Origin: Mobula hypostoma
Lineage: Eukaryota
Assembly: GCF_963921235.1 (NCBI RefSeq)
Contig: NC_086097.1
Span: 175,152,001-175,216,000 of the forward strand
Length of the DNA: 64,000 bases
Direction: 5' to 3'
Position numbers and translations under genes: made by a program. The notes under the pieces were generated by a model that made no database searches, had not been told where the DNA came from, and was given only the letters and a program-made list of their open reading frames with translations. This document shows positions 1 through 13,965 of this stretch, piece after piece (the first letter of the stretch is position 1; every line of letters starts with the position of its first letter).

Positions 1-319
1 TAGAACTTGGGATCTACCTGGATAAATGGGAACGATCTGGGCACCCGAAATCAGAACTAAGAACCTGGGATCTGGACTAGGCAACCAGTATCCAGATAAG
101 TTATTCCGGATCAGGGATAGTTTGTTCCCTCACCAGTACCGACATCAATTTTAGATAAACTTTTTAAAGAATTGGTAAAGGCACTGTACGTGTCTGTTAA
201 TTATTATCCCCGCTCTAATCTCTTTCATTAGAATTAGAATTTTATTGCTTATATCCATCTCACAACACGAAGGAGCAAAAATCTTTATGTTGCATCTCTG
301 TCACAATGTACACGCAATA

Positions 320-3300
320 ATGTTTTCTCCAGAGGAACTCATTCTGACTATGGCCTATTTTATCCTGTGCCTCCAAGTACTCTGAGACCTGAGACTTCAT
401 CCTTAATAATCGACTCCAACATCTTCCCAACCATTGAGGTCAGATTAACTGTCTTACGGTTTTCTTTCTTCTGCCTCCCTCTCTTCTTGAAGAGTGGAAT
501 AACATTTGCAATTTTCCAGTCTATAGAAACATTCCAGAATCTAGTGATTCTTAAAAGATCATTACTAATGCCTCCACAATCTCTTCAGCCACCTCTTTCA
601 GAACCCTGGGGTTTACACCATCTGGTCCAGGTGAGTTATCTACCTTCAGAACTTTCAGTTTCCCAAGAACCTTTTCTCTAGTTATGGTAACTTCACACAC
701 TTCATGACCCCTGACACCTGAAACTTCCACAATGCTGCTAGTGTTGTCCATAGTGAAGACTAACGCAAAATACTCATTCAGTTTGTTGGCCATTTCCTTG
801 TCCTCCATTACTACCCCTCCAGCTTCATTTTCCAGAGTTCTGATATATGCACTCTTGACTCTCTTTTACACTTTACATATCTGAAGAAACTTTTGATATG
901 CTGTTCAATATTATTGACCAGCTTATTTTTGTATTCCATCTCCACCTTCTTAATGACTTTTTAGTTGCTTTCTGTTGGTTTTTAAAAGCTTCTCAAACCT
1001 CTAACTTCCCACTAATTTTTGCTCTATTATATGCCCTCACTTTGGCTTTTATGCTGGCATTGACTTCTCTTGTTAGCCACGGTTGTGACATCTTGCCTTT
1101 AGAATACTTCTTCCTCTTTGGGATGTATATATCCTGTGCCTTCCAAATTGCTTCCAGAAATTCCAGCCTTTGCTGCTCTGCCGTCATCCCTGCCAGTGTT
1201 CATTTCCAATCAATTCTGGCCAACTCCTCTCTCATGCCTCTGTAATTCCCTTTACTCCACTGTAATACTGATACATCTGACTTTAGCTTCTTCTCAAATT
1301 TCATGGCAAATTCAATCATATTATGATCACTTTCCCCTAAGGGTTCTTTTATCTTAAGCTCTCTAGTCAGTCTGGTTCATCGCAAAAAACCCAGTCCAGA
1401 ATAGCTGATCCTTTCATGGGCTCAACCACAAGCTGCTCTAAAAAAACATCTCATAGGCACTCTAGAAACTCCCCTTCCTGTAATCCAAACTACCTGCATA
1501 TTGAAATCCCCCATGACTGTTGTAACATTGCCCTTTTGGCATGCATTTTCTATCTCTCATTGTAATTTGTAGACCACACCACATCCTTGCTACTGTTTTG
1601 AGGGTCTGTATACACTCCCATCAAGGTCTGTTTACCCTTGCAGTTCCTTACCTCTATCCACAATGATTTAACATCCTCCGACCCTCTGTCACCTCTTTCT
1701 AATGATTTGATTTCATTTTTTTACCAACACACAATGCTGCCCCGTCTACTTTCCTGCCTGTCCTTTCAATACAATGTGTATCCTGGGACATTAAGCTCCC
1801 AGCTATAATCTTTCAACCGTGGTTCAATGATGCCTACAACATCATACCTGCCAATCTGCAACTGTGCTGTAAGTTTATCTACATTATTCCATATACTGCG
1901 CACACTCAAACGTAACACCTTCAGTCCAGTAGTCACCCATTTTGATTTTGTTCCCCTTTTACATTGTAACTATTGACTGCAATTTTGCCCCATCAACAGC
2001 AGCTCCCCACTACACATTGCCTGTTTTTGTAAACCAGCTACCTCATCTTCGGCTTTATCATCTGTCTTTCCTACGATACTTCTTGCATTGAAGTGTAGGC
2101 AGCTCAGGACACTAGTTGCACCCTGCTCAACCTTCTGATTCCTAACTTTGTCTGTGGTCTTACCAAGATCCGCCTCCACAACCTCTCCACTCACTGCTCT
2201 GGCACTCTGGTTTCCATCTCCGTGCATCTCTAGTTTAAACACCACCGTGCAGTATTACTAAATCTTCCCACTAGAATATAAGTTCCCCTCCAGTTCAGGT
2301 GCAAACCGTCCCTTCTATACAGGTCCCAGCTTCCCAAATCTTGGGACGATTCAAAATACTTATGCCCTCCCTCCTACACCAACTTTTTAGCCATGTATTA
2401 AATTGTATAATCTTCCTAGTTCTGGCCTCACTAGCACGTGGCATGGGTAGCAACCCTGAGATCACAACCCTGGAGGTCCTGTCATTTAACTTAGCACCTA
2501 ATTGCCTGAATTCTCTATGCAGAACCTTGTCACTTGTCCTACTCCTGTCATTGGTACCTACATGGATCATGTCTTCTAGCTGTTCACCCACCCACTTGAG
2601 AATGCTGGGGGCTCAATCCGAGGTATCCAGGACCTTGGCACCTGGGAGACAATACACCATCTGGGAATCTCGTTATTGCCCTCAGAGCCTCCTGTTTGTT
2701 CCCCTAACTAATGAATCCTCTATTACCACAGCTTGCCTCTTGTTCCCTGCTTCCCGTCTGAGTCTCAGAGGCAGACTCAGTATCAGAGACCGACCACTGT
2801 GATTTTCCTCTGTTAGGTCAACTCCTCAACAGTATCCAAAGTGGTATACCTGTTGTAGAGGGGGTTGACCACAGGGGTAGTCCACACTGGCAGCTTAGCC
2901 CCTTTCCCCCTCCTGACTGTCACCCAGTTTCCTGTGTCCTGCACCTTGGGTGTAACTATCTCTCTATATGTCCTATCTACCACCCCCTCGGCCTCCGGAA
3001 TGATCCGGAGTTCATCCAGTTCCACCTCCAGCTCTTTAATGTGGAGTGTTAGAAGCTGCAGCTGGATGCACTTCTCGCAGCTGTAGTTGTCAGGAATACT
3101 GGAGGTCTCCCTGCCTTCCCACATCCCACAAGAGGAGCACTGCACTATCCTGTCTGGCATCTCTACTGCCCTAGCTGAGCAGATATCAAGAAGGGAATGA
3201 AAGAGAATGTAACTTTGAACTTTTCGTTCCTTTGCTTTCTCTCACTGAAGCCTTGAAGAGCTAAAGCCTCAAGATCACCACTCTGACTCCGTCCTGTCAG

Positions 3301-3340
3301 ACGATAGCCACTGCACGTCTCTACCTTCCTTTAATTTGTT
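320..3340 (-). mobile_element. Degenerate CR1 LINE with ORF1 (Cys motif, SGNH esterase) and ORF2 (endonuclease, start of RT)
   Basis: Fragments CSSCGMWE..CEKC, IHVGTND (esterase), LHFNARSI (APE endonuclease) and SPGPDGVNPRVLKEVAEEI, with multiple stops and frameshifts. Confidence 0.88.
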
Positions 3341-5279
3341 CTTGCTAATGCTGATTGGTCACTGGTCAAAGCAGTATTATACTGCAATGACCTGCTGCTC
3401 CCTTTTCTACTCGGGCAGTGGGCCCAAGTCCACCTAGCTCCCTGAATTCCCTCTGCAGAACCTCGTCACTCATCCTACCTATTTCAGTGGTACCTACATG
3501 GACGACGACTTCTGACTGTTATAGAAGTGTATAAGATCATGAGGGGCGTAGTCAGGGTGAATGCACTCTATTTTTCTCCAGGGTTGGGGAATTAAGCACT
3601 AGAGGGAGTAGAGAGGGGAGAAATTTAATAGGAACTTGAACAAATTTTGTACACAAAGGGTAGTATGTATGTTGAATGAGCTGTCGGGGAGGTTGTTGAG
3701 GCAGGTAGGGAAACAGAAACAGGTCCTTCAGCCCAACCGGTTCATTCCAATCAAGACGCCCCATCCAAGCTAATCCACAACTTTCTGAACCTTCCCCTGT
3801 CCAACTGTCTTTGAAAAGATTCTGTTGAATCTGCCTATACTGTACAGTTCTAATTGTTTACCTGCACTGCACTTTCTCCATAAGTGTAACACAATATTCT
3901 GCTTTCTGTCTTGCCTTTTATTCTCCCTTGAATGATCGGGCTGGTTGGCATGCAAATAAAACGTTTCACTGTTTCTCAGTATATATGACAATAATAAACC
4001 AATTCTTTGAGAGAAAATAGTTCAAAGCTCAAAAGTTCAAAGTAAATTTATTATCAAAGTACATATACGTCACCATATATAACCCGAGATTCATTTTCTT
4101 GCGGGCATACTCAATAAATCCATGCTAGAATAACAACCATAATAGAATCAATGGAAGACGGCACCATCTTGGGTGTTCAACCAGCGTGCAAAAGACAACA
4201 AGCAGTGCAAATACAGAAAGAAAGAAATAATAACAATAAATAAATATTGAGAACATGAGAGGAAGAGTCCTTGAAAGTGAGTCAATTGGTTGTGAGAACA
4301 TTTCAATGACAGGGCTAGTGAAGTTGAGTGAAGTTATCCCCTTTGCCTGCTCCTGAACCTGGTGGTGTGAGCTCCGAGCTTCCTGTACATTCTTCCTGAT
4401 GGCAACAGCGAGAAGAGAGCATGCCCTGGGTGATGGGGGTCCGTGCTGACGGATGCTGCTTTCCTACGACAACATTTCGTGTAGATATGCTCAGTGGTGG
4501 GGAAGACCTTACCTATGATGGACTAAGCAATATTCACTGTCTTTTGTAGGATTTACAATGTAGCTGAATCTGTGTTAATTTTACAATAACAACAGCAATA
4601 AGGGTAAATCAAGCCAAAGGGGCACCACATCTCCATAGTGATGTTAGATTCACCTGAGATTCCTTGACACAATTCTGAACCACCCACTTCACCCGCTCCA
4701 GGAATATGTTGCATTTGGTTTCCTCTCCTAATTCAGTTAGGGACGTGGGTCAGTGTTTATTGCCCCTTCCTAGGTGCCCTCAGGGAGTTGCTGGTGAGTC
4801 ACCACTCATGAACGGGCTGCAACAAATATGGAGCAATCTCCATAGTGTCCAAACAGGGAAGGAGGTTTGCGCTATACATGAGCAGAAGATTTGGAGATAT
4901 CTGCACGGGGTTCTTGTGGGTAGTTTAATCATTAAGAAGGGAAAGAGAATCATTAAATTGTTGGAGAAGACCATTTGGTCTATGCCAACTTCCAAAGGAA
5001 CAAAACGTTCCCCTAAACTGTCCCCATTGCTCTGTAAATCAGTCTCCCTCCAGTGCCCATCCAATTCACTTTTAAAGGCCCAGCTTGTACCAGCTCCCGC
5101 TCCACAAGCAATGAGTTTGTCCTCACTAGGGTGGCGTGGTGGTTAGTTCAATCACTTTACAGCCCCAAAGATTACTGGTCGGGTTTCAATTCACTGTCAG
5201 TGCTGAGGAGCCTGTTTCTGTGCCGTGGTGCTCTGTGACTCTCTCTGTGACAGCCCCTACTGATAAAGAAGTCCTCGGT

Positions 5280-5560
5280 CAGTGGCACAGTGGCACAGCT
5301 GGTAGGGTCACTGCCTCAGAGTTCCAAAGACCCGGGTTCACTGTGTGAAGTGGTGACCACAGGGGTTTTCAGTTTATTCCTGCATCCCAAAGATGTGAGC
5401 ATTGGTAAGTTAACTGTTAATCACCCCTCATGTGTGGGTGAGTGGTAGAATCTGGGGGGGGGGGGAGTATTGAGCGGAGTGTGGCAGTATAAAATGGGAT
5501 TCATGAATATGGGTGATTAATGGCCAGCAGGAACTCAATGGGCCACAGGGCCTGTTTTGT
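5280..5560 (+). mobile_element. Degenerate tRNA-derived SINE (HE1/V-SINE-like) with CR1-like tail
   Basis: Head ggcacagtggcacagctggtag...cccgggttc. 3' end aactcaatgggccacagggcctgttt resembles the CR1 3' UTRs in this window. Confidence 0.55.
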
Positions 5561-6339
5561 ATTTTGTTTTGCCAACTACCTCATATCCTGGTTTATTCAG
5601 CCAGTTTTTCCTGGAAACAGATCACTCTGTAAGTTCAGATTTCCCTGGATTTGGGATCTTCTCTCGGAGATCCACTCCAGCTTCACCACCCTCTCCACAA
5701 AGCTGAATCAAAATAAACCCCTTCCGCACCACATTTTTGCTCCGACTCCAGCTTCTGCACTCCTACTCTGGAGCCAAAAACCCTCATCCTGCACCCATTT
5801 TCGTAAGTCTTCCCTTCACCCTTTCAGGAACTGTCATGTCCTCCTCAAAGATCCATTGACCAGAACTCAGCGTAAAGTTATTATTACTGACATATGTCAT
5901 GACATTTGCTGTTTTGCGGCAGCAGAACAGTGTAAGACATAAAAATTGCTATAAGTTACAATATAAATAATTAATAAATAACACATAGATGGATAGATAG
6001 ACAGATATTGTAAAGGAGGAACAGTGAGGTAGTGTTCATGAAATTATGGATTGTTCAGAAATCTGATGATGGAGAGGAGAAGCTTTTTCCGAATCATTGA
6101 GTGTGACTCTTCAGGCTCCTGTACCTCCTCCCTGATAGTAGTAATGAGAAGAGAGCATTTCCCAGCTGTCAAGTACTCCATCGGTGGCCTAATCAGTGTG
6201 TGGTACAAAGTCATCAAGCCATACAGCATATTCCACATTCTGCTTTCTTTTCCCTTTTGTATTTCCTTGCTATATTTATCTGTGGATTGATCTGTTATGG
6301 ATGGCACACAAAACAGAAGCACACAAAACACCAAATTTT

Positions 6340-7043
6340 AGTAAAAGTGAATTGTTTCCTTTAAATGAATCTTTATTAGATTATGAGAACTCTCAGTTTT
6401 CATTTACTGTCATTTAGAAATGCATGCATTAAAAAATGATACAACGTTCTTCCAGAATGATATCACAAGAAAACACAGGACAAACCAAAACTAAAACTGA
6501 CAAAACCACATAATTATAACATATAGTTACAACAGTGCAAAGCAATACCATAATTTGATGAAGAGCAGACCATGGGCACGGTAAAAAAAAGTCTTAAAGT
6601 CCCGATAGATTCATCATCTCACGCAGGCGGCAGAAGGGAGCAACTCTCCCTGCCATGAAACTCCAAACGTCGCCAACTTGCTGATGCAGCACTATTGGAA
6701 GCACCCGACCGCAGCGGACTCTGAGTCCGTCCGAAAACTTTGAGCCTCCGACCAGCCCCTCCGACACAGCCTCTCCGAGCACCATCCTCTGCCGAATACT
6801 TCGACCCCACCCCAGCCACTGAGCAACAAGCAAAGCTGAGGACTCGGGGCCTTCCCCGCCGGAGATTTTGGACCACACAGTAGCCGCGGTAGCGAAGCAG
6901 GCATTTCAGAAGTTTCAGCAGATGTTCCTCCGTGCTCTCAAGTCCGTCTCCATCAAATCAGGATTGTGCACGGCACCCTACTTGACAAATAACAGACATC
7001 ACCACCGGAGTGGCCGCTGCGAGCTGTGTCGCGCCACCATCTT
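6340..7043 (-). mobile_element. Young non-autonomous LINE-derived element
   Basis: CpG-rich 5' part starting aagatggtggcgcg on the minus strand, an AT-rich 3' part with AATAAA, and no credible ORF. Confidence 0.5.
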
Positions 7044-7089
7044 CCCTACGGAATCTGTCTCGATATATGATAATACTCCTTTTAAAGTC

Positions 7090-8860
7090 ACGGATTCTTT
7101 TAGATGTTTATGTGTTGTAATTACTAAAAAATAAAGCCAATTTCATTCCCTTGGTAGACTCTATGAAGTATTTATTTAGTAGATGGAGTCCACTTACATT
7201 TTCACTTGTCGGTCATATCCATATAGTTAAAATGATGATTTTATGAAAATGTTTATATTTATTTCAGAATATCCCTGTTTTTTTGACTAAGAAGTTTTTT
7301 GATCGGATTGATTCTATTAGTTTATCTTTTATTTGGAATAATAAAAGACCAAGAATTAGTAAATGCCACTTATAAAAGTTGAAAAAGGATGGAGGTCTTT
7401 CTTTGCCTAATTTAAGAATGTATTACTGGGCTGTTAATGTGCGATACATGTCCTTTTGGTTATATTGGGTTGATAAGAACGATCGGCCAATTTGGGTAGA
7501 CCTGAAATTGAAAGCTGTGAAACTGTTTTACTTAACCTCGTTATTGGGAGTTGTTTTACCTATACAATTAGCTAAAGTTGCTAATTTAAACCCATACCCT
7601 GTGATTAGGCATTCTTTACAAATTTGGCTCCAGTTCCGCAATTTTTTTAATCTTAAAAAATTTAAACTTTGTTCTTTAATTTATCGAAATTACTTTTTTA
7701 AGCCTTCTTTGAGTGATCCATTTTTTTTACTTTGGAAAAATAAAGGTATTAATTCTTTTTTGGATTTATTTAAAGAAGGTAAATTGATGTCTTTTGAACA
7801 ATTAGTTGATAAATACTCTCTTTCATACTCACACTTTTTACAATACCTTCAAGTTATACATTTCTTACAAAAATAATTAAGTAATTTTCCTTATATATTG
7901 GAGGCTGACCTGTTAGATACTATTATGAGTATGAACCCTTTGATAAAGGGTTCAATTGGAAGAATTTATAATTTATTATTACAATGGGATAAGCGTCCTT
8001 TGTCTAAGATTAAACAAGATTGGGAGAAGGAACTCAATTTGACTTTTATTGGATGTGGATTCTAAAGCTGGTAACTCTTCTTCGATCTGTGCTAGTCATT
8101 CACCAATCCAATTTAAAATTGTACATTGTTACCATCTGATGAAGGAGCGACTGTCTAAAATATTTCCTAATGTTGATAGTTTTTGTGATAGATGTAAAAC
8201 TGAGACAGCTACACTGACACTTGTTCTATTCTGGAACAGTTCTGGAAGTCAGTTTTTTTGACAATTTCTAAAGCACTTAAAATTAATATACAACCTAACA
8301 AATTAACTGTGCTTTTTGGAATAATCCCTCAAAATATCCATGGTATCTCTGTGTCTGACCAACATGTTATTGCATTTGTTACATTGATAACCAGGAGGAC
8401 CATTTTGTTGAAGTGGAAGGATACATCAGCTCCCACTTTGTCACAATGGTTCTCTCAAGTGATGTTATGTTTTAGTTTGGAGAAAATTAGAAGTCGAACC
8501 TTTGAACCTTTATTTGATTTTGAGAAAAGATGGGGTTCATTTGCTCGTTATTATCATTTGAGTTAATTGATAGATTTTCTCTGCGATCTAATTGTAAATT
8601 TTGTTTTTTTTTTCTTGCTGGTGGTTTGATGTTTATCTTTAGAAGCTTTTTGTATGATGCATGACTCCAGGGTTGTACACCTAATGGGTTTTTCCCCCCA
8701 CTTTTCTGCTTAGTAGGGTTTTTTTATTATCACAAAAATTTTTCAATCTTTCATGTTTTTTTTCCTTGAGACATTGTAAGTGTTGCTTACTTCGATGTAC
8801 TTGTTATTTTTTAATTAATAATAATAATAATGATAAAAAGATTTGAAAAGAAAGAAAACA
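7090..8860 (+). mobile_element. L1/Tx1-clade LINE, 3' portion of ORF2
   Basis: KKDGGLSLPNLRMYYWA, IQFKIVH, Cys motif CDRCKTETATLT and ILLKWK. A-rich tail at about 8820-8860. Confidence 0.85.
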
Positions 8861-9397
8861 CTGTATCTTGGTACATGTGACAATCATAAACCAATTACCA
8901 GTCACCACCGTGGAAACAAGCTCATTGGCATCATCAAGCCTTTTACACTAATCCCATTTTATTCTTCCCAATTTCCTGTCAACTCCCCCCAGATTCTCTC
9001 ACTTACCTACACACCAGGACCAATTCATAGCAGTCAATTAACATAACAACCCACAGCTGGGAGGAAACTGGGCCAATTGGAGGAAGCCCACATGGTCATA
9101 GAAAGAACTGCAAACTCCACACTGACAGCACCTGGGTTCCTGGAACTGTGAGTCAGCAGCTCTACCAGATACACCACTGACTCTGTTGAAGGTAAGGGAG
9201 ATGAAACCAACAAGGGACTAGGAATATGGGAGAGGGAGGTGGGGGAATGAAAGACAAATAAAAAGAAGGAAGGAGAAAGAGGGAGGGAATGAGGAAAACT
9301 GTAAAGGATGAAAGAGGGAAATGAAATAGAAGTAGTAAAGAAAGATATAGGGAGAGAGACAGAATAGTAGAGGCAGTAAATATGTTGATAGACTTAC

Positions 9398-9509
9398 TAG
9401 CATCGTCTGTGAAGTCAAAGTTGGTGCCAAGTTCAGCGTGGATAAGGTGGTAGTGGTCTGGGTCACCAAGTGCTGACAGAAGGATCAACAGCACTGCACC
9501 ATTGATTAA
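9398..9509 (-). CDS. LAPTM4B: LAPTM4B-like coding exon 2 (112 nt)
   Basis: Acceptor ttttctcttgttAG and donor GTAAGT. Translates to LINGAVLLILLSALGDPDHYHLIHAELGTNFDFTDDA, resembling human LAPTM4B IINAVVLLILLSALADPDQY..ELGGDFEFMDDA. Splices in frame to exon 1. Confidence 0.92.
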
Positions 9510-12500
9510 CTAACAAGAGAAAATTAAGTCATTAGTTTCACATTAGCGTGTGCAAAAGCAAGGTTCAGTAAATATTCAAACAGACTGACTTGTTTCCATT
9601 AGTAAATCAATACAATGTATAAGCTGTCCACACTTCTGGCTGTCAGTGAAGCAGCTGGCACAATCAAAGAGCCCATCCTCCCTGGTCATTCCCTCTTCCT
9701 TCGGACAGAAGACACAAAAGCTTGAATGCTCATACCACCAGGCTTGAAGACAGCTTCTATTTTGCTGTTATAAGACTATTAATAGTTCCTATGATAAGTT
9801 GCACTCTTGACCTCACAATCTGCCTCTTTATGATCTTGCACCTCATTGTTAACCTTTCTCTGGAGCTGTTACACTTTATTCTGCATTCTGTTGTTGTTTG
9901 ACCTTGTTCTAGTTCAATGCTCTACGTAATGATTTTATCTGTATGAACAGTATGTAAGGCAAGCTTTTCTCAGTATGTTGCTACCTGTGACCACAATAAA
10001 CCACTTCCATCTCAATTTCATTGCTGCATCCTGAACAGTCTCTGAGAAATTACAGAGTTTATATAACCTTTCATCTATGGTATGGAAACTGCACTGCACT
10101 GCACTGGACAGGAAGACTTTACAGCAGGTAGTCAAAACTGCCCAATGCATCACCAAGATGAGCTATCAAGGACATATCTACAGAAAGGTACCATAAAAAA
10201 AGGCCAGCAATGTCATGAAGGGTCTCACCCACCCTACTCATGGACTGATTGTCCCACTACCATCAGGAAGGAGGCTACATAGCAACTACGCCAGGACCAA
10301 CAGACTCAAAATGCTAGTCCTGGACTTATTTCATAATTTACTGGCATAATTTACATATTACTATTTAACTATTTATGGTTTTATTACTATATTATTTATG
10401 GTGCAACTGTAATGAGAAACCAATTTCCCCCGGGATCAATAAAGTATGACTATGACTAAAAACAATTACTTTCCCCAAGCAGTAAGGCTGATCAACACTT
10501 CCACCTACTAACTCACCCCACCACACTCCCCAGCACCATTAATTTATCATTTCCTGTCAGTCACCTTATTTACAGATATTCCTATTCCACTTCATGTACA
10601 TGGAAAGTATCTATTTTGCTATCCTATGTATTTATATTTATTGTGTTTGTTTTACTATTGTGTTCTTTATCTTACTGTGTTTTTATATGCTGCACTAGAT
10701 CTGGAGTAACAATTATTTAGTTCTCCTTTACACAAGTGTACTAGAAACAATCTTGAGTTCAATTAATATAGGTAACAGCTAAGCTTATAAATGCCTGGAT
10801 GGGTGTTGGTATTAGGATTGGTTTGACTTGCTCTTGTACCCAACTGTGTTTATGTGGCAGGTCCAGTTGTGTTTCTAGATATTGATGATGCCAGGGTATT
10901 GATGAAGGGGTCTCGGTATTGGTAAAGCTACTGAGTGTTAGGGGTAGTGGCTAGACTCTCTCTTGTTGGAGGTGACCGTGCCTGCCATGAACGCTTATAA
11001 TCCCGTACTTGATTTTCTTTGAACCTGCGCATGTATGTTAAATCAGAATCAGGTTTATTGTCACTGACACATTGTGAAATTTATAGTTTTATGGCAGCAG
11101 TACAGTGCAAAACATCAAATAAATTACCTGCAAGTTAAAATAATAAATAGTGTAAAAGAAGAATAACAAGGTAGCGTTCCTGGCTTTGGTGATGTGCTGA
11201 GTTTTTTTTAATGTAGCAAGGAGAGAGAATTTTTGCCACAACACTTGGCTTTGAACCAATTTGAGTGAATTGTACAAAATCAGCCAGTTTGCAACAATAA
11301 CATAGTTTATGTGGAACACTGTCTCAGAGGACAGTTCTGCCCATGGATTGAATGAAAATATGTCTGTTTATTGCTCTGTTTATTGTGTATCAATTACCCA
11401 TCTAGACTTAAGGGACCACTGAAAATTTAATGACGAGACTGCTTCAGTTACAACAATTATATTCTCATGTGACTTGAATTGTGATGGATATTTGTTACCG
11501 CTTACTGCTTTTGCTAAACTACTGGAGAGTTTCCTTTATCATTAAAGAATTGACCAGTATCAGAAGCTGTTTTATGTAATGAATAGCTGGTGAATGAATC
11601 CAGAAGATCAAATTCTGGTTATTCTCCATTCCAGTACAACTGCAGATCGTATTGCAGTTCTGCTGATATTTAATGGCCCGTCTATTAAACTATTGCTCTT
11701 TGCAAAGTGTTTGGATGAGTGACCCACTGCTGTATTTGGCAGAGCAGATGGGTTGAATGGCCTGATTCTGCACCCATGTCTTTTGGTCTTATGGTATTTC
11801 AACATAAAAAGACAGTGGATGGGTATTTGGGTAAGAAAGGCTTAGAAGGATTTGGTCCAAAAGTTGTCAAGTGGGACTAGCTTGAATGGGGCATCTTGGC
11901 TGGCATGGACGTTGGGCTGAATGGCCTGTTTTTGTGCTGCATTACTCTACAACTCTATAATTACTGGGGCCTAGTCGCATTCATTCTGTGTTTCCAAAAC
12001 AAAAGAAACTAATCTAATGTGGAGTGAAGCAGATAATGCTGCCAAAGTTGAGTCAATGAGGGTGGAGATGCACATGAGCCAGAAGTGTGAAGGTGAGTTG
12101 GAGGGTGTCATGGAACCATAGAGCACAAAGCAGGCTCTTTGCTTCACTGAGACCACGCCGACTTTCAACCATCCTTTGACTCACTCTAAACTTTTATTGA
12201 TGCACTACAGAAAGCATCCTACCCAGATGCATCGTGGCAACTGTCTGGCTGTGCCAGCAAGAAACTGCAGAGGGTTGTGGGCACAGCTCAGCACATCACA
12301 GGAACCAGCCTCCCCTCCACAGGCTTTCTCTATACTTCTCACTGCCTTGGTAAAGCAGCCTCCATAATGAAAGACCCCACCCACCCCAGACATTCTGTCC
12401 TTCCCCTCTCCCATCAGGCAGAAGATATGTGCCTGAAAGCATATACCACCAGGCTCAAGGACAGCTTATAACCATATAACCATAAAACAATTACAGCACG

Positions 12501-13714
12501 GAAACAGGCCATCTTGGCCCTTCTAGTCCATGCCAAACTCTTACTCTCACCTAGTCCCACCGACCTGCACTCAGCCCATAACCCTCCATTCCCTTCCTGT
12601 CCATATGCCTATCCAATTTAATTTTAAATAACAAACCTACTCTACCCCATGGTTATAAGACTCTTGAATTGTTCCCCCAATATAATAAGATGGACTCTTG
12701 ACCTTACAATCTACCTTTTTGCGACCTTGCATTTTACTGTCTACCCACACTGCACCTTCTCTGTAACTGTAACACCTTATTCTGTATTCCGTTATTGTTT
12801 TCCCTTGTACTGCCTCAAAGTACTGTGTAATGAATTGGTCTGTACGAATGGCAGGCAACACAAAGTTTTTCACTGTACTTCAGAACATGTGACAATAATG
12901 AACAAATTTTCCAATTTAATCTAATCTGGCGTTAATCCTATTTTCTACTGGCTCCACCTTCTCATCAAATTGCAGATTCCACCACTCACCTACACTGGCA
13001 GCAGTTGACCTACACATCAACATGTTTTTAGGATGTAGGAGGAGACTGCAGCATCCGGAGGAAATTTGTGCAGTCACAGGGAGAACGTGCAGATTCCACG
13101 CACTGAAATCCAGGTGGAGGCAGCAGCTCTGTTAACTGTACCATTTCATGGCAAGCACGAGAGGGCACAGTTTTAAGGTGCTTGGAAGTAGGTACAGAGG
13201 AGATGTCAGGGGCAAGTTTTTTACGCAGAGGGTGGTGAGGGCACGAAATGGGCTGCCGGCAATGGTGGTGAAGGTGGATACGATAGTGTCTTTTCAGAGA
13301 CTTCTGGAAAGGTACATGGAGATAAGAAAAATAGAGGGCTACGGGTAACCCTAGGTAATTTCTAAAATAAGTACATGTTTGGCACAGCATCATGGGCTGA
13401 AGGGCTTGTATTGTGCTGTAGGTTTCTATGTTTCTACTGAGTCATCGGATTCCTCGCTTCAATTCAGCATTGGACAAATTTACATATTAAGGAAAAAATA
13501 AAAAGGCAAACACCTTCCCCATACCCACAGAAGCCTCCCAAACCCTCCCCAGATGGAGGCGGCCCCTTCTTTATTCACAGCTATTTCCCGGGTTATCCTC
13601 TTGTGCAATAAACTCACCATCAGATTTCTGAATGGTGTATGAGCCCATGAACACTACCCCTCTGTTCCTCTTTTGCGCTATTTTTGTAACTTATAGTAGT
13701 TTTTATGTCTTGCA

Positions 13715-13965
13715 GCCCGGCTGGTGGCGTAGTGGCATCAGTGTCGGACTTTGGGATGAAAGGTCCTGAGTTCGAATCCAGCCGGCTCCCCTGCACGCTT
13801 TCCATCCGTGCTGGGTTACGAGCTGGTGATCTCTTTGGAAACTCACCCGGCAGGAGACAATGGCTGTAACTTGCCTCGTATGCGGTTCCCCACTACGTCA
13901 GAGAGGTGTGGAGGGAAGTTGTCCGCTAATCGGAGAAACTCCGGATGCAAAGTACCTTTCCTTCC
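13715..13965 (+). mobile_element. Young tRNA-derived SINE (tRNA-Pro-like head)
   Basis: A box TGGCGTAGTGG, B box GAGTTCGAATCC, pairing ccggctgg/ccagccgg. 13-bp TSD tttatgtcttgca at 13702-13714 and 13966-13978. Confidence 0.85.

Noticed and set aside
1..9397. LAPTM4B-like exon 3 (expected NMCIAIAISLLM-like)
   Set aside because: No matching segment found by eye. It probably lies outside the window.
10895..10925. tgatgaaggggtctcgg hammerhead-like match
   Set aside because: No GAAAC-GUC half or stem I. It appears to be part of an old LINE fragment.
13715..13795. tRNA gene
   Set aside because: Imperfect anticodon stem, and it is followed by a SINE body, tail and TSD.
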